A DNA stretch of 64,000 bases from positions 2,336,001 through 2,400,000 of the forward strand of contig CAVTTN010000002.1 of NCBI GenBank assembly GCA_963737655.1, written 5' to 3'. Shown here one piece after another: positions 10,031 to 20,319 of this stretch; position 1 is the stretch's first letter; each line of letters begins with the position of its first letter. The notes under the pieces are model-generated. The model made no database searches. It was not told the origin of the DNA and was given only the letters and a program-made list of their open reading frames with translations. Origin of the DNA: an uncultured Planctomycetota bacterium (GTDB lineage Bacteria > Planctomycetota > Planctomycetia > Isosphaerales > Isosphaeraceae). The position numbers were made by a program, and so were the translations under genes.

Positions 10031-10706
10031 ATGAGAGGCGGAAACACGAGGATTCGGCAGAGGGCCCGGGTCGTCCTGGCGGGGGCATTGCTCGGCTGCT
10101 CGAGCCCGGTCGGGACGACCTCGACGAGCATGCTCAAGAAGATCCACGACACGAACGACCCGAACATCCGCCACCTCGCCTACGCGAAGCTGGCCTCGCC
10201 CCGGGCGTATGACACCGAGGAGCAGAAGGCCGAAGCCGCGAAGGTCCTGGCCGATCGCCTGGCGGGCGGCCAGGAGCCGGTGGCCAGCCGCGCGGTGATC
10301 TGCCAGACCCTGGGCGAGCTGCGACGGCCCGAAGGGCGAGAGGCCCTCCTCCTGCGCCTCCAGCGATGCCGAGCCGATCGTCCGCGCCTCGGCCTGCCAT
10401 GCTCTCGGGCGGATCGGCCACGCCGAGGACGCCCTGATCCTCGCCCGGATCATGGCCGCCGACCCGGTCCGCGATACCCAGATCGCCGCCATCGAGGCGC
10501 TCGGCGAGATCAAGTCGCCCGACCCGCGGATCGACTCGGTCTTGCTCGACGGGATGGAGGACAAGGACGCCGCCATCCGCCTCGCCTCGCTCGAAGCCCT
10601 CCGCGCCACCACCGGGCAGGACATGGGCCGCGACCCGGCCGAGTGGAAGAAGCTGGTCGAGGCCCGCGCCAAGATCGCCGCCAAGGCCGAATCGACCAAA
10701 CGCTGA
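10031..10706 (+). CDS. HEAT-repeat lipoprotein-like protein (one frameshift near 10355, probably a sequencing error)
   Basis: LLGC lipobox-like motif; HEAT repeats continue in the +1 frame (DAEPIVRASAC...AAIEALG). Confidence 0.75.
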
Positions 10707-10783
10707 GCCCGCTTCCTTCGGGCCGATCGCACCGCGATAATGCTTCGCGACTCGAACCCGCGAGGCCCGAAGCGATCCCTCCC

Positions 10784-13471
10784 GTGACACTCGCGACCAC
10801 CGCCCCCCAGATCGATTCGGCCGAGGCGTACCAGGCGCTCCTGGCCCGAGTGGGCCGCAAGAGCCCGAAAATCCCGGCCGATCTGCTCGCCCGCCACGTC
10901 CTGAGGCTCGCCCCTCCCGAGGAATGGCCGGTGCGGCTGGAGGCGATGGAAGCCCTGCTCCGCCGGCTCGACGGCGTGAAGAAGGACGGCCTCCGGCTCG
11001 ACGCCCGACCCGGGAAAACGACCCTCGGCCTCTACACGACCCGACGCGCCAGGGCCGGCACTCGCCCGTATCGGACCCGGATCGACGGCCTCGACCCGAT
11101 CGTCTGCTCGTGCGACTGCCCCGACTTCCTCAAGAGCTCGCTGGGCGTCTGCAAGCACGGGTTCGCCGTCCTGGAACACCTCTGGGCGAAGCCCCAGCTC
11201 CTCCGGAGGGCGACGAGGGAGGCGGCCGACCGACCGCCTCGCCCCGGATTGCACTGGGGGCCGATCCGCCCGTTGACCGGGCCCGGCGATTGGCTGATCC
11301 GCGTGTTCCTGATCCGGCCCGAAGACGCCGGACGGCCGCGATCGGCGCGCGAGGTCCGCTTGCTCGGCTGGTTCCGCGGAGGCCCCGAGGAGTTCGTCCT
11401 CCGCAACGCCTTCCCGGGCCAGGACGCCAAACGCCTCGCGCTGGTCGAGGACCTGCTGAAGGCCGTCGAGCCTCGAAGGCGACGACGCCGACCCCGCGCT
11501 CTGCGCCCTGCTCGCGACCGAGCGCGACCTCCTGCGATGGCGGTCGAAGGCGTCGCTCTCGGCCTCGGAGCTCCGCCCCCTGCTCAAGGGCCTCAAGAGG
11601 CCGCTGTACCCCTATCAGAAGGAAGGCGTGGGCCGGTTCCTGGCCACGGGACGCCTCTTGCTGGCCGACGACATGGGCCTGGGCAAGACGACCCAGGCCG
11701 TCGCGTGCTGCGACCTCTTGTGGCGGAGCCGCCGGGTCCGTCGCGGCCTGATCATCGCTCCGGCGAGCCTCAAGCCGCAGTGGGAACGCGAGTGGATGAC
11801 GGTCTCGGACCTGCCCGTCCTGGTCGTCGAGGGCACGCCCGCCGAGCGGCAGGCCGTCTACCAGACGCGCAAGGCCGGCCTGTTCATCATCAATTATGAG
11901 CAGCTCCTTCGAGACCTCGACGCCATCCGCCGATGGGCCCCCGATCTCGTCGTTTTGGACGAGGCGCAGAGGATCAAGAACTGGGCGACGAAGACGGCCC
12001 TGTCGGTCAAGGGCCTCTCGCCGCCGTATCGCCTCGTCCTGACCGGGACGCCGATGGAGAACCGGATCGAAGAATTGGCGTCCGTGGTCGAGTGGGTCGA
12101 TGACATGGCGCTGGAGCCGAAATGGCGGCTCGGGCCGTTCCACTCGGTGCGATCGGACGGCCGGGCGGAGATCACCGGGGTCCGCCACCTGGACACCCTC
12201 CGCGACCGCCTCAAGGGCTGCATGCTCCGTCGGGTCCGGCAGGACGTCCTCGATCAGCTCCCGCCGAGGACCGACATCCGCGTGCCCGTCGAGCTCACGC
12301 CCCCGCAGAGGGAGGAGCACGACGCCCTGATCCAGCCGATTGCCTCGCTCGTCCAGAGGTCCAAGGCGCGCCCGCTCACCCAGGTCGAGTTCCTGCGATT
12401 GATGAGCCTGCTGACGGCGCAGAGGATCATCTCCAACGGCCTGGCGCAGCTCCGGTTCGATGAGGTCTGGCCGTCGATCCGCACGCTGAGGCCGGACGAG
12501 AACGTGCTGCTCGGCCTCTGCTCGCCGAAGCTGGGGGAGCTGCGTCAACTCGTCCGCAACGTGGTCCTCGAACAGGGCCGGAAGGTCGTGATCTTCAGCC
12601 AGTGGCGGCGGATGCTCACGCTGGCCCACTGGGCGATCGGCGACCTCCTGGCCGAGAACGGCCTCCGCGCCGGCTTCTTCACCGGGGCGGAGGGGCAGAA
12701 GCGGCGGACCCAGAACATCGTCGAGTTCCACGACGACCCGAGCTTCCGCGTCCTCCTCGCCAGCGACGCCGGAGGGGTCGGCCTGAACCTCCAGCACGCC
12801 GCGAACTGCGTGGTCAACCTGGAATTGCCGTGGAACCCGGCCGTCCTGGAACAGCGGATCGGCCGGATCTACCGATTGGGCCAGTCCCAGCCGATCGACG
12901 TCTTCAACCTCGTCTGCGAGGAGGGGATCGAGTCGCGGATCGCCGACCTCGTGGGGTCGAAGCAGGCATTCTTCAAGGGCCTGTTCGACGGCGACTCCGA
13001 GAGCGTCCAGTTCGAGCAATCCGGGTCGTTCCTCTCGCGGGTCGAGAAGATCTACGACCCCTCGACGCTCCAGGCCCTCGGCGAGACGGACCCGGACGAG
13101 GAGCTCGCGACGATCGACGAGGACGACCTCCTGGACGACGTGGCCGACCCGTTCGAGGAGATCCTGGAAGAGGCCGACGCCTCGCGAGACGGCGCCCGGC
13201 GCTGCCCTCGCCCTCGCCCGGGCGCGAGGCGGAGGCCGTCGCGCCGCCGGTCGTCGCGCCGCCGGTCGTCGAGCCGGGGAACCTCGGGCCGCCCGCATCG
13301 CAGCAGCCGGGCGACGGGGTCCGCGGCCTGTTCTCGCGGCTCCGGGTGAAGCGGGAAGCCGACGGCCGGGTCGTGATCGAGGCCCCGCCCGAGGCCGCCT
13401 CCGACCTCGCCGCCCTGTTCGAGGGGATGGCGGCCCTGATGCAATCGGTGGCGAAACCGTCGGGCGCCTGA
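10784..13471 (+). CDS. SWIM zinc finger plus SNF2-family helicase (frameshifts near 11471 and 13197)
   Basis: CSCDCPDF...CKH SWIM; LLADDMGLGKT, DEAQRIKN, LTGTP, GLNLQ, QRIGRIYR; the two shifts cancel out. Confidence 0.88.
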
Positions 13472-13583
13472 AATGCGGCCGTCGCCGTGAGGATACAATG
13501 GTCGGGTCGTCGCGAACCCGGGCTGAGTCCGTCGTGTCGAGAGCCGGCACGGAGGGCCCGGCCCGCCCGCCTCGTGAGGGGTC

Positions 13584-15620
13584 ATGGATACGCACACGCT
13601 CGAATTGCTCGATTTCGACAAGATCCGCGGCCTGGTCGCCGGATATGCGGCCTGCTCGCTCGGCAAGGACGGCGCCCGGGCGATGGAGCCGCTCACGGAG
13701 ATCGGCGCCATCCGCGCCCGCCAGGCCCTGACGACCGAGATGGCCGAGGCGCTCTCCTCCGGCCTGACCCCGCCCTTCGGCGGCCTCCACGACATCCGCA
13801 ACGACGTCCGCCGGGCCGCCACCGGCGCCATGCTCCTGGCCGAAGAGCTCGCCGAGGTCGTCGAGGTCCTCAAGGCGATCGCGAACCTCGACCGATGGCT
13901 CGCCCGGGTCGGCGACGAGTTCCCCCGCCTCGGCGCGATGAAGGCGGGCGTGGGCGAGTTCTCGGGCGTGGCCAACGCGATCGAGGGCTGCCTCGACGAT
14001 CGCGGCAACGTCCTGGACACCGCCAGCCGCAAGCTCTCGGCCCTTCGCCGGGAGGTCGGCGCGGCCGAGGGACGCATCCAGGAAACCCTGCGCCGGATGC
14101 TCCGGTCCGAGGCCATCAAGCGCATCCTCCGCTACCCGAATTTCACGATGGTCGGCCATCACTACGTCCTGCCGATCGCCAAGGAGCATCGCGGCGAGAT
14201 CCAGGGCTCGGTCCATCGCACCAGCGCCAGCAACGAGACCGTCTTCGTCGAGCCCCAGGCGATCGCCGAACAATCGGCGCAGCTCTCGTATCTTCGCGTG
14301 AAGGAACAGAAGGAAATCCGCCGGATCTTGCGATGGCTGAGCGCCCAGGTGGGGCAGGTCGCCGAATCCCTGCTCGCCACCCTCGAGATCCTCGCCGAGC
14401 TGGACCTGATCCACGCCCGGGGACGATACAGCCTCGATTTCCGGATGAGTCCGCCGGATTTCAACGAGGAAGGCCAGCTCCTCCTGCGGGGCGCCCGCCA
14501 CCCGATCCTCGAAAGCCTCTTTCGTGAAGAGATGAAGGCGCCGGCGGCCCCCGTCGCCGAGGGCGAGGAGCCTCCTCCGAAGCGGGAGCCGCGGACCGTC
14601 GTCCCGATCGACGTCCACCTCGGGTTCCGGTCGCGAATCCTCGTCGTGACCGGCCCGAACACCGGGGGGAAGACCGTGGCCTTGAAGACGGTGGGACTGC
14701 TGGCCGTGATGGCCCAGTCCGGACTCCACGTCCCGGCCGGCGAGGGGTCGAAGATGCCGGTCCTCGACGACGTCCTCGCGGACATCGGCGACGAGCAGAG
14801 CCTGGAACAGTCGCTCTCGACGTTCTCCTCGCACGTCAAGCGAGTCTCCGAGATCTTCTCCAAGGCGACCGAGAAATCCCTGGTGCTGATGGACGAGATG
14901 GGGGCCGGGACCGACCCGAACGAGGGGGCGGCCCTGGGCCGGGCGATCCTCGACGAGCTCGATTCGGTCGGCTGCCGGGCGATCGTCACCACCCACATCG
15001 GCGACCTGAAGACCTACGCCTTCACCAACCCCCGGGCCGAGAACGCGGCCGTCGAGTTCGACCTGGAGACCCTGCGGCCGAAATACCGGCTGATCATCGG
15101 CGACATCGGCCAGTCGAACGCCTTGCAGATCGCCCGGAGGCTGAACCTGCCCGAGCATCTCGTGGCTCGGGCGGCGAATTATCTGCAACAATCGAGGGGC
15201 GAGGAATCGCCCGAGTGGGCCATCTTGCAGAAGCTCCGCAAGGAGGCCGAGGACGCGAAAAAAGCCGCCCTCGACGCCCAGAGCGAGGCCGAGAAGACCC
15301 GCGAGGCGCTCGGCCAGAGGCTCGCCGACCTCCAGAAACAGACCGAGAACGACGCCAAGATCGACGAGGCCCGGGCCCGCCTCCAGCCCGGAGACCGCGT
15401 GGTCGTCCCCCGGTTCGGCTACGACCGTCCCGGCCGCGTGGTGAAGCTCGACCCGAGGAAGGGCATCGCCCAGGTCGCGATCAATCAAATGAAGTGGGAC
15501 GTCCCCATCGCCGAGCTGATCCCGCAGCTCGCCCGAGGGCCCGAGGCGCCGTCGCCGGCGAAAGCTCGTCCGGCGGCGAAGAATTTGCCTCGTCTGGAAG
15601 ACTTCGGCGACGAGGCGTAG
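13584..15620 (+). CDS. mutS2: MutS2-family ATPase lacking an Smr domain
   Basis: TGPNTGGKT, DIGDEQSLEQSLSTFSSH, DEMGAGTDP, TTH; KOW-like C-terminus. Confidence 0.92.
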   Translation: MDTHTLELLDFDKIRGLVAGYAACSLGKDGARAMEPLTEIGAIRARQALTTEMAEALSSGLTPPFGGLHDIRNDVRRAATGAMLLAEELAEVVEVLKAIANLDRWLARVGDEFPRLGAMKAGVGEFSGVANAIEGCLDDRGNVLDTASRKLSALRREVGAAEGRIQETLRRMLRSEAIKRILRYPNFTMVGHHYVLPIAKEHRGEIQGSVHRTSASNETVFVEPQAIAEQSAQLSYLRVKEQKEIRRILRWLSAQVGQVAESLLATLEILAELDLIHARGRYSLDFRMSPPDFNEEGQLLLRGARHPILESLFREEMKAPAAPVAEGEEPPPKREPRTVVPIDVHLGFRSRILVVTGPNTGGKTVALKTVGLLAVMAQSGLHVPAGEGSKMPVLDDVLADIGDEQSLEQSLSTFSSHVKRVSEIFSKATEKSLVLMDEMGAGTDPNEGAALGRAILDELDSVGCRAIVTTHIGDLKTYAFTNPRAENAAVEFDLETLRPKYRLIIGDIGQSNALQIARRLNLPEHLVARAANYLQQSRGEESPEWAILQKLRKEAEDAKKAALDAQSEAEKTREALGQRLADLQKQTENDAKIDEARARLQPGDRVVVPRFGYDRPGRVVKLDPRKGIAQVAINQMKWDVPIAELIPQLARGPEAPSPAKARPAAKNLPRLEDFGDEA

Positions 15621-15922
15621 GGTCCGCTCTGGCGGACCCTTTGGACGGAGCAACGGGGACCGGCTCCGGGAGGGCTCGCCCGGTGCCTGGCCCGCTGGCC
15701 GGAGGTCTGGCGCCGAGGTAACGGGGCCAGTCACCGTCGAGCATACCGGAGCCAGTCCGCGTTTCCTCGGCGTGACGGGAAGGAAACCGGCCGGTCCCGG
15801 GCCGGACGAGGGGTTGCCGACCCGTCGCCTTCCGGGAAAGATGGAAGGATCGGCCGGATCGGGTCGGCGTCGCCCGCCGATCCGTCGGCCTCCGCCCTCC
15901 GTCTCCGCCCGAGGCCCTCGCC

Positions 15923-17368
15923 ATGCCCGTCCTGACGACCCTGGCCCTCTCGCTCCTGAGCCTGGCCGATCCCCCCTCGCCGATCGACGTCGCCTCGGCG
16001 ATGGAGACCGCCACGATCGAGGCGATCGCCAAGGCCAGGCCCTCGGTCGTGGCGATCACCCGGGTCCGCGGCGACGACCCGGAGAAGACCTCGGCCATCC
16101 GCGGGCAGAACGGCGACCGGCCCGCCCGGAACCCCAAGGTCGCCCCCAACGGCGAGCTTCGCGCCGGCTCTCCCGGGGACTTCCGCACCGCCCCGGGCGA
16201 CTTCAGCGCCGGCGTGGTGATCGGCGACGGCGGGGAGATCCTCACCACGTTCCACACCCTGAAGGGGGCCGAGGCGATCTGGGTCCGCGGCGCCGACCGC
16301 CAGGAGTTCGAGGCCGAGATCCTCGGCGCCGACCCGAGGAGCGACCTGGCCGTGATCGCCCCGAGAGACCCGGGCGAGGTCGGCCCCCGGCTCGCGACGA
16401 TCCGCATGGGCAACGCCACCCGGCTCCGCCCCGGCGCGTTCCTCGTCGCGCTGGGCAACTCGTACAACGCCGCGAGGGACGGCAAGGCGTCGGCCTCGAT
16501 GGGCATCCTGGCCAACACCGCGAGGAAGGTCCACGCCTCCGACGACGACACGGTCGGCGATCGCGGCAAGTTCTTCCGCTTCCAACCGACGCTCCTCCAG
16601 CTCGACGCCAAGCTGAACCTGGGGATGAGCGGGGGGGCCGTCATCAACCTCAAAGGCGAGCTGGTCGGCCTGACCACGGCCGCCGCCAGCGCCGTGGCGT
16701 ATGACCTCCAGGCCGGCTACGCCATCCCGATGGACGACCTGGGCCGGAGGATCGCCGAGACCCTCCGCCAGGGCAAGGAGGTCGAGTACGGCTTCCTCGG
16801 GATCAGCCTCGAGCCCAACACGCCCAATCAGGTCGCCCAGGTCCGCCCCGGGACGCCCGCCGATCGCGCCGACCTGGTCGAGGGCGACCTGATCCTGGCC
16901 GTCGGCGACCACCCTCTGGACGAGGACGACGCCCTGACGATGGCCCTGGCCAACGTCCCGGTCGGCCAATCGGTGGCGCTCAAGGTGCTCCGCTCCGGCA
17001 AGACCCTGGAGAAGGCCATCATGGTGTCGAAGTACCCGGTGAGCCCCCGGGGGATCGTCACCAATCGGCCTCGCCCGTGGCGGGGCCTGCGGATCGATTT
17101 CACCAGCACCCTCGGCGCCGGCGGGTTCAACGCCGACATCATGGGCGCGATGTCCCGGGGGGGCATCGGCGTGATCGAGGTCGAGCCCGGCAGCCCCGCC
17201 GAGCAGGCCGGGCTGAAGAAGGACATGATCCTCACCGAGGTCGATGGCCAGGCCGTCGCCACCCCCGCCGAATTCGCCCGGGCCGTCTCCCACAAGGACG
17301 GCCAGGAGGTCACCATCACCACCCAGGGCGGGCCGATCGCCGGGCAGAAGGTGGTGGTGAAGAAGTGA
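15923..17368 (+). CDS. HtrA/DegP-family serine protease with two PDZ domains
   Basis: Signal peptide; triad TTFH / SDLAVI / GMSGG; PDZ motifs. Confidence 0.9.
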   Translation: MPVLTTLALSLLSLADPPSPIDVASAMETATIEAIAKARPSVVAITRVRGDDPEKTSAIRGQNGDRPARNPKVAPNGELRAGSPGDFRTAPGDFSAGVVIGDGGEILTTFHTLKGAEAIWVRGADRQEFEAEILGADPRSDLAVIAPRDPGEVGPRLATIRMGNATRLRPGAFLVALGNSYNAARDGKASASMGILANTARKVHASDDDTVGDRGKFFRFQPTLLQLDAKLNLGMSGGAVINLKGELVGLTTAAASAVAYDLQAGYAIPMDDLGRRIAETLRQGKEVEYGFLGISLEPNTPNQVAQVRPGTPADRADLVEGDLILAVGDHPLDEDDALTMALANVPVGQSVALKVLRSGKTLEKAIMVSKYPVSPRGIVTNRPRPWRGLRIDFTSTLGAGGFNADIMGAMSRGGIGVIEVEPGSPAEQAGLKKDMILTEVDGQAVATPAEFARAVSHKDGQEVTITTQGGPIAGQKVVVKK

Positions 17369-17442
17369 GCGTGTCTCCTCGATCCCCACGATCCTGACCC
17401 AGGACCCGAATCCCCGAGGAGGGCCTCCGGCCCCGGACTCCG

Positions 17443-17958
17443 ATGGCCGAACGTCACACGATCGACTTCGCCCGGGACAGCGTGGCGGTCGTCAGCGATG
17501 CCGACCGGCGACGGATCACGCTCCAGTTCGAGGGCGTGAACGACGGACAACCGACGGCGAAACGGCTCTGGACGGCGTTGCAGAGGCGCTACGGCCCCGG
17601 GCCCCTCGCCCGAATCGGCCGGTGGTCGCGAGGGGAGGACCACCCCCTGATCCTCCCGGCCCGGGGGCAGCCCCACCCGGAAAGCCCCGACGTGTTCGTC
17701 GTCGAGGTCGAGATCCGGCCCGGCCCTCCGATGGAAGAGGTCCTGTCCGACCTCCTGGAGTTCTTCCGTCGCCAGCCCGGCTACGTCCGCACCTACGGAG
17801 ATCCCCTCGATCGCGACCTGGAGCGCCCACCATCGCGCCGAGGGGCGGCTCGCGAGACTTCCGAGGCGGCCAACGCGGTGCTGTGGCAGATGCTCATTCG
17901 GCGAAACGGCGAATCCGCGGTTCGCCCCGACAAGAAACGCCCGCTCGACGAACTCTAG
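17443..17958 (+). CDS. Hypothetical protein
   Basis: 171-aa ORF with typical codon bias and a globular-looking sequence. Confidence 0.65.
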   Translation: MAERHTIDFARDSVAVVSDADRRRITLQFEGVNDGQPTAKRLWTALQRRYGPGPLARIGRWSRGEDHPLILPARGQPHPESPDVFVVEVEIRPGPPMEEVLSDLLEFFRRQPGYVRTYGDPLDRDLERPPSRRGAARETSEAANAVLWQMLIRRNGESAVRPDKKRPLDEL

Positions 17959-17992
17959 GCCGGGCGGACGGGCCTCGGGGGACCTGGGCAGG

Positions 17993-19720
17993 CTAGTCCC
18001 CGGAGGCCCGGGAGGTCTCTCGCCGACGGTCGGGGACTCCGAGGAGATGGCCTTGCGCGTCGATGGCGATCGTGTGAGCGTCCCCTTGCGTGGTCTGGGT
18101 CCGGACGTCGTGGCCGAGCGCCTTGAGGGCGGCGATCGTGGCGGGGGGCCAGGCGGGGCCTTCGAGGTTCAAGCGGTCGGGGAACCACTGGTGGTGGGTC
18201 CGGGGCGCGTCCACCGCGTCTCGCGGCGAGAGCCCGAATTCCAGGACGTTCAGGATCACCCAGAGGGTGGTGTTCGGGATCGTCCGGCCTCCGGGTGAGC
18301 CCGTCACCAGCCGGACCTTGCCGTCCTTCAGGACGATGGTGGGAGATTGGGAGCTGAGCATGCGTTTGTGGGGGGCGATCCGGTTCGGCGCGGTGCCGAC
18401 CCGCCCCCGGGCGTCGGTCGGGCCGGGGACGAGGTTGAAGTCCCCCATCTCGTTATTGAGCAGGAAGCCGCAGCCCTGGACGACCGCCTTCGAGCCGTAG
18501 CCCTCTTCCAGCGTGTACGTGAGGGCGACCGCCATCCCGTTCGAGTCGATCGTGGAGAGGTGGGTCGTGTGCGAGGGCTCGGCCCCCTCGATCGGGAACG
18601 GGGCGAGCGAGGCGCTGGGCGTGGCCTTCTCCTCGGAGATCGTCCGGGCGAGATCGCGGGCGTAGTCCTTGGAGATGAGCTTCGCGACGGGGACGGCGAC
18701 GAAGTCGGGGTCGGCGATCTCGACGGCCCGGGTATAGAACGCGCGACGCATGGCCTCGGCGACCCGGTGGACGGTCCGGGGCGATCTCGGGCCGTCGGCC
18801 TTGAGGTCGAAGGGTTCGAGGACGTTGAGCATCTGAACGATCAGGATGCCTCCCGAGGCGGGCGGTCCCATGCCGATGATGTCGAACCCTCGATACGTGC
18901 CCCGGACCGGCGGCCGTTCCTTCGCGCGGTAGGCGGCGAGGTCTTCGAGGGTCATCAGGCCGTCGTGGTCGGCGTTGTACGAGGCGATCCGGCGGGCGGT
19001 CTCGCCCAGGTAGAACTCGTCGGGCCCGTCCCGGGCGATCCGGGCGAGGGTCTCGGCCAGGTCGGGCTGGACCAGGCGATCTCCGGCGACCCATCGGGAG
19101 CCGTCGGCCTTGCGGAACGCGGAGACGCTCTCGGGGAAGTCGGCGAGCCGGTCGCCCTGGGGCCCGAGGTCCTCGTCGATCCCGGCCTTGCCGGCCTGGG
19201 CGAAGAGCTGGGCGTTGAGCGACCGGGCGAGCGTCTCGGAGACGGGGAAGCCGTCCCGGGCCAGCCTCTCGGCGGGCTTCACCAGCTCGTTCCAGGCGAG
19301 CTTGCCGAGTTTCCGATGGGCCAGGCCCAGGCCGCGGACGGTCCCGGGGACTCCGGCGGCCCGGGCCCCGGCGCGATGGCCGGGCCGGGGCTTGCGGTCG
19401 GGTCCGAGGTACATGGTCTCGGTGGATCGGGCGGGGGCGGCCTCGCGGAAGTCGAAGGAGAACGCCTCGCGACGGCCCGGGTCATAGGCGACGAGGAATC
19501 CCCCTCCGCCGAGGTTCCCGGCCGCGGGATGGGTCACGGCGAGGGCCAGGGCGGTGGCCACGGCCGCATCGACCGCATTGCCGCCCTTCCTCAACGCATC
19601 GCGCCCGGCGTCCGCCGCGTTCCCTTCCTGACAAACCACCACGTGGCGGCGGAATTCCTGGGCCGCGAGGGTGGAGGTGGCGGCGAGGACGATCAGGGCG
19701 GCGATCGGGAGGCGGGGCAT
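17993..19720 (-). CDS. ggt: Gamma-glutamyltransferase
   Basis: GGNAVDAA, DFREAAP, HTTHLS, NNEMGDF, RMLSSQSP, GSPGG. Confidence 0.95.
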   Translation of the reverse strand: MPRLPIAALIVLAATSTLAAQEFRRHVVVCQEGNAADAGRDALRKGGNAVDAAVATALALAVTHPAAGNLGGGGFLVAYDPGRREAFSFDFREAAPARSTETMYLGPDRKPRPGHRAGARAAGVPGTVRGLGLAHRKLGKLAWNELVKPAERLARDGFPVSETLARSLNAQLFAQAGKAGIDEDLGPQGDRLADFPESVSAFRKADGSRWVAGDRLVQPDLAETLARIARDGPDEFYLGETARRIASYNADHDGLMTLEDLAAYRAKERPPVRGTYRGFDIIGMGPPASGGILIVQMLNVLEPFDLKADGPRSPRTVHRVAEAMRRAFYTRAVEIADPDFVAVPVAKLISKDYARDLARTISEEKATPSASLAPFPIEGAEPSHTTHLSTIDSNGMAVALTYTLEEGYGSKAVVQGCGFLLNNEMGDFNLVPGPTDARGRVGTAPNRIAPHKRMLSSQSPTIVLKDGKVRLVTGSPGGRTIPNTTLWVILNVLEFGLSPRDAVDAPRTHHQWFPDRLNLEGPAWPPATIAALKALGHDVRTQTTQGDAHTIAIDAQGHLLGVPDRRRETSRASGD

Positions 19721-19737
19721 GGGGGATCTCCGGGGAT

Positions 19738-20169
19738 GGAAGGACGAACCGCCAAGACGCCAAGTTCGCCAAGGAGGAGAGGAGAGGAGAGGAGGAGAGA
19801 GGAGGAGATTGTTTTCAAGCATTATGCATGGGAGTTACGCACTGCCAACCGGACCACGAGTTCGGGAAGGGCCTTCGACATCCGCAGAGGACGCAGAGGA
19901 CCGCAGAGGAAAACATGAATTCTATGCTCTGTCCAAGACCCCGATCGAAGAGGTCGATCGAGTAGGTCCGACTTCAGTCGGGCCTACAAAACAAGACTCT
20001 TTTGTAGGCCCGACTGAAGTCGGACCTACTCGATTTCTGGCTTTCCACAAAGCAAGGACTTCCTCATTTCCAAGCATTCTCCTCTCATCTCCGCGCATTC
20101 TCCTCTCTCCTCCTCTCCTCCTCTTCTCCTCCTTGGCGAACTTGGCGTCTTGGCGGTTGGTCGTCTTCC
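19738..20169. repeat. Nested inverted-repeat element: outer AACCGCCAAGACGCCAAG arms, inner GTAG REP doublet 19962-20029
   Basis: Complementary arms read directly from the sequence. Confidence 0.9.
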
Positions 20170-20319
20170 GGCCATTGGATCACAATCGCGGGGCGAGGGC
20201 GATTGGCGTTGACCGATCCGACAGGAAAATCTAAGGTCTCGGCCGATTCGGGCCGGGACTTGAGGGATGTTTGGTCGATCGGCCCGGTTTCCTCGAACCC
20301 AAGGTCGGGAGGATCGCGG

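Noticed and set aside
5177..15620. DNA-repair island (ruvAB, SNF2, MutS2)
   Set aside because: The genes are in different orientations and separated by unrelated genes, with no sign of a shared unit.
11130..15734. 1534-aa minus-strand ORF and other long antisense ORFs (27366-29636, 38683-40584, 59785-61848)
   Set aside because: Shadow ORFs opposite well-supported genes in high-GC DNA, with no recognisable motifs.
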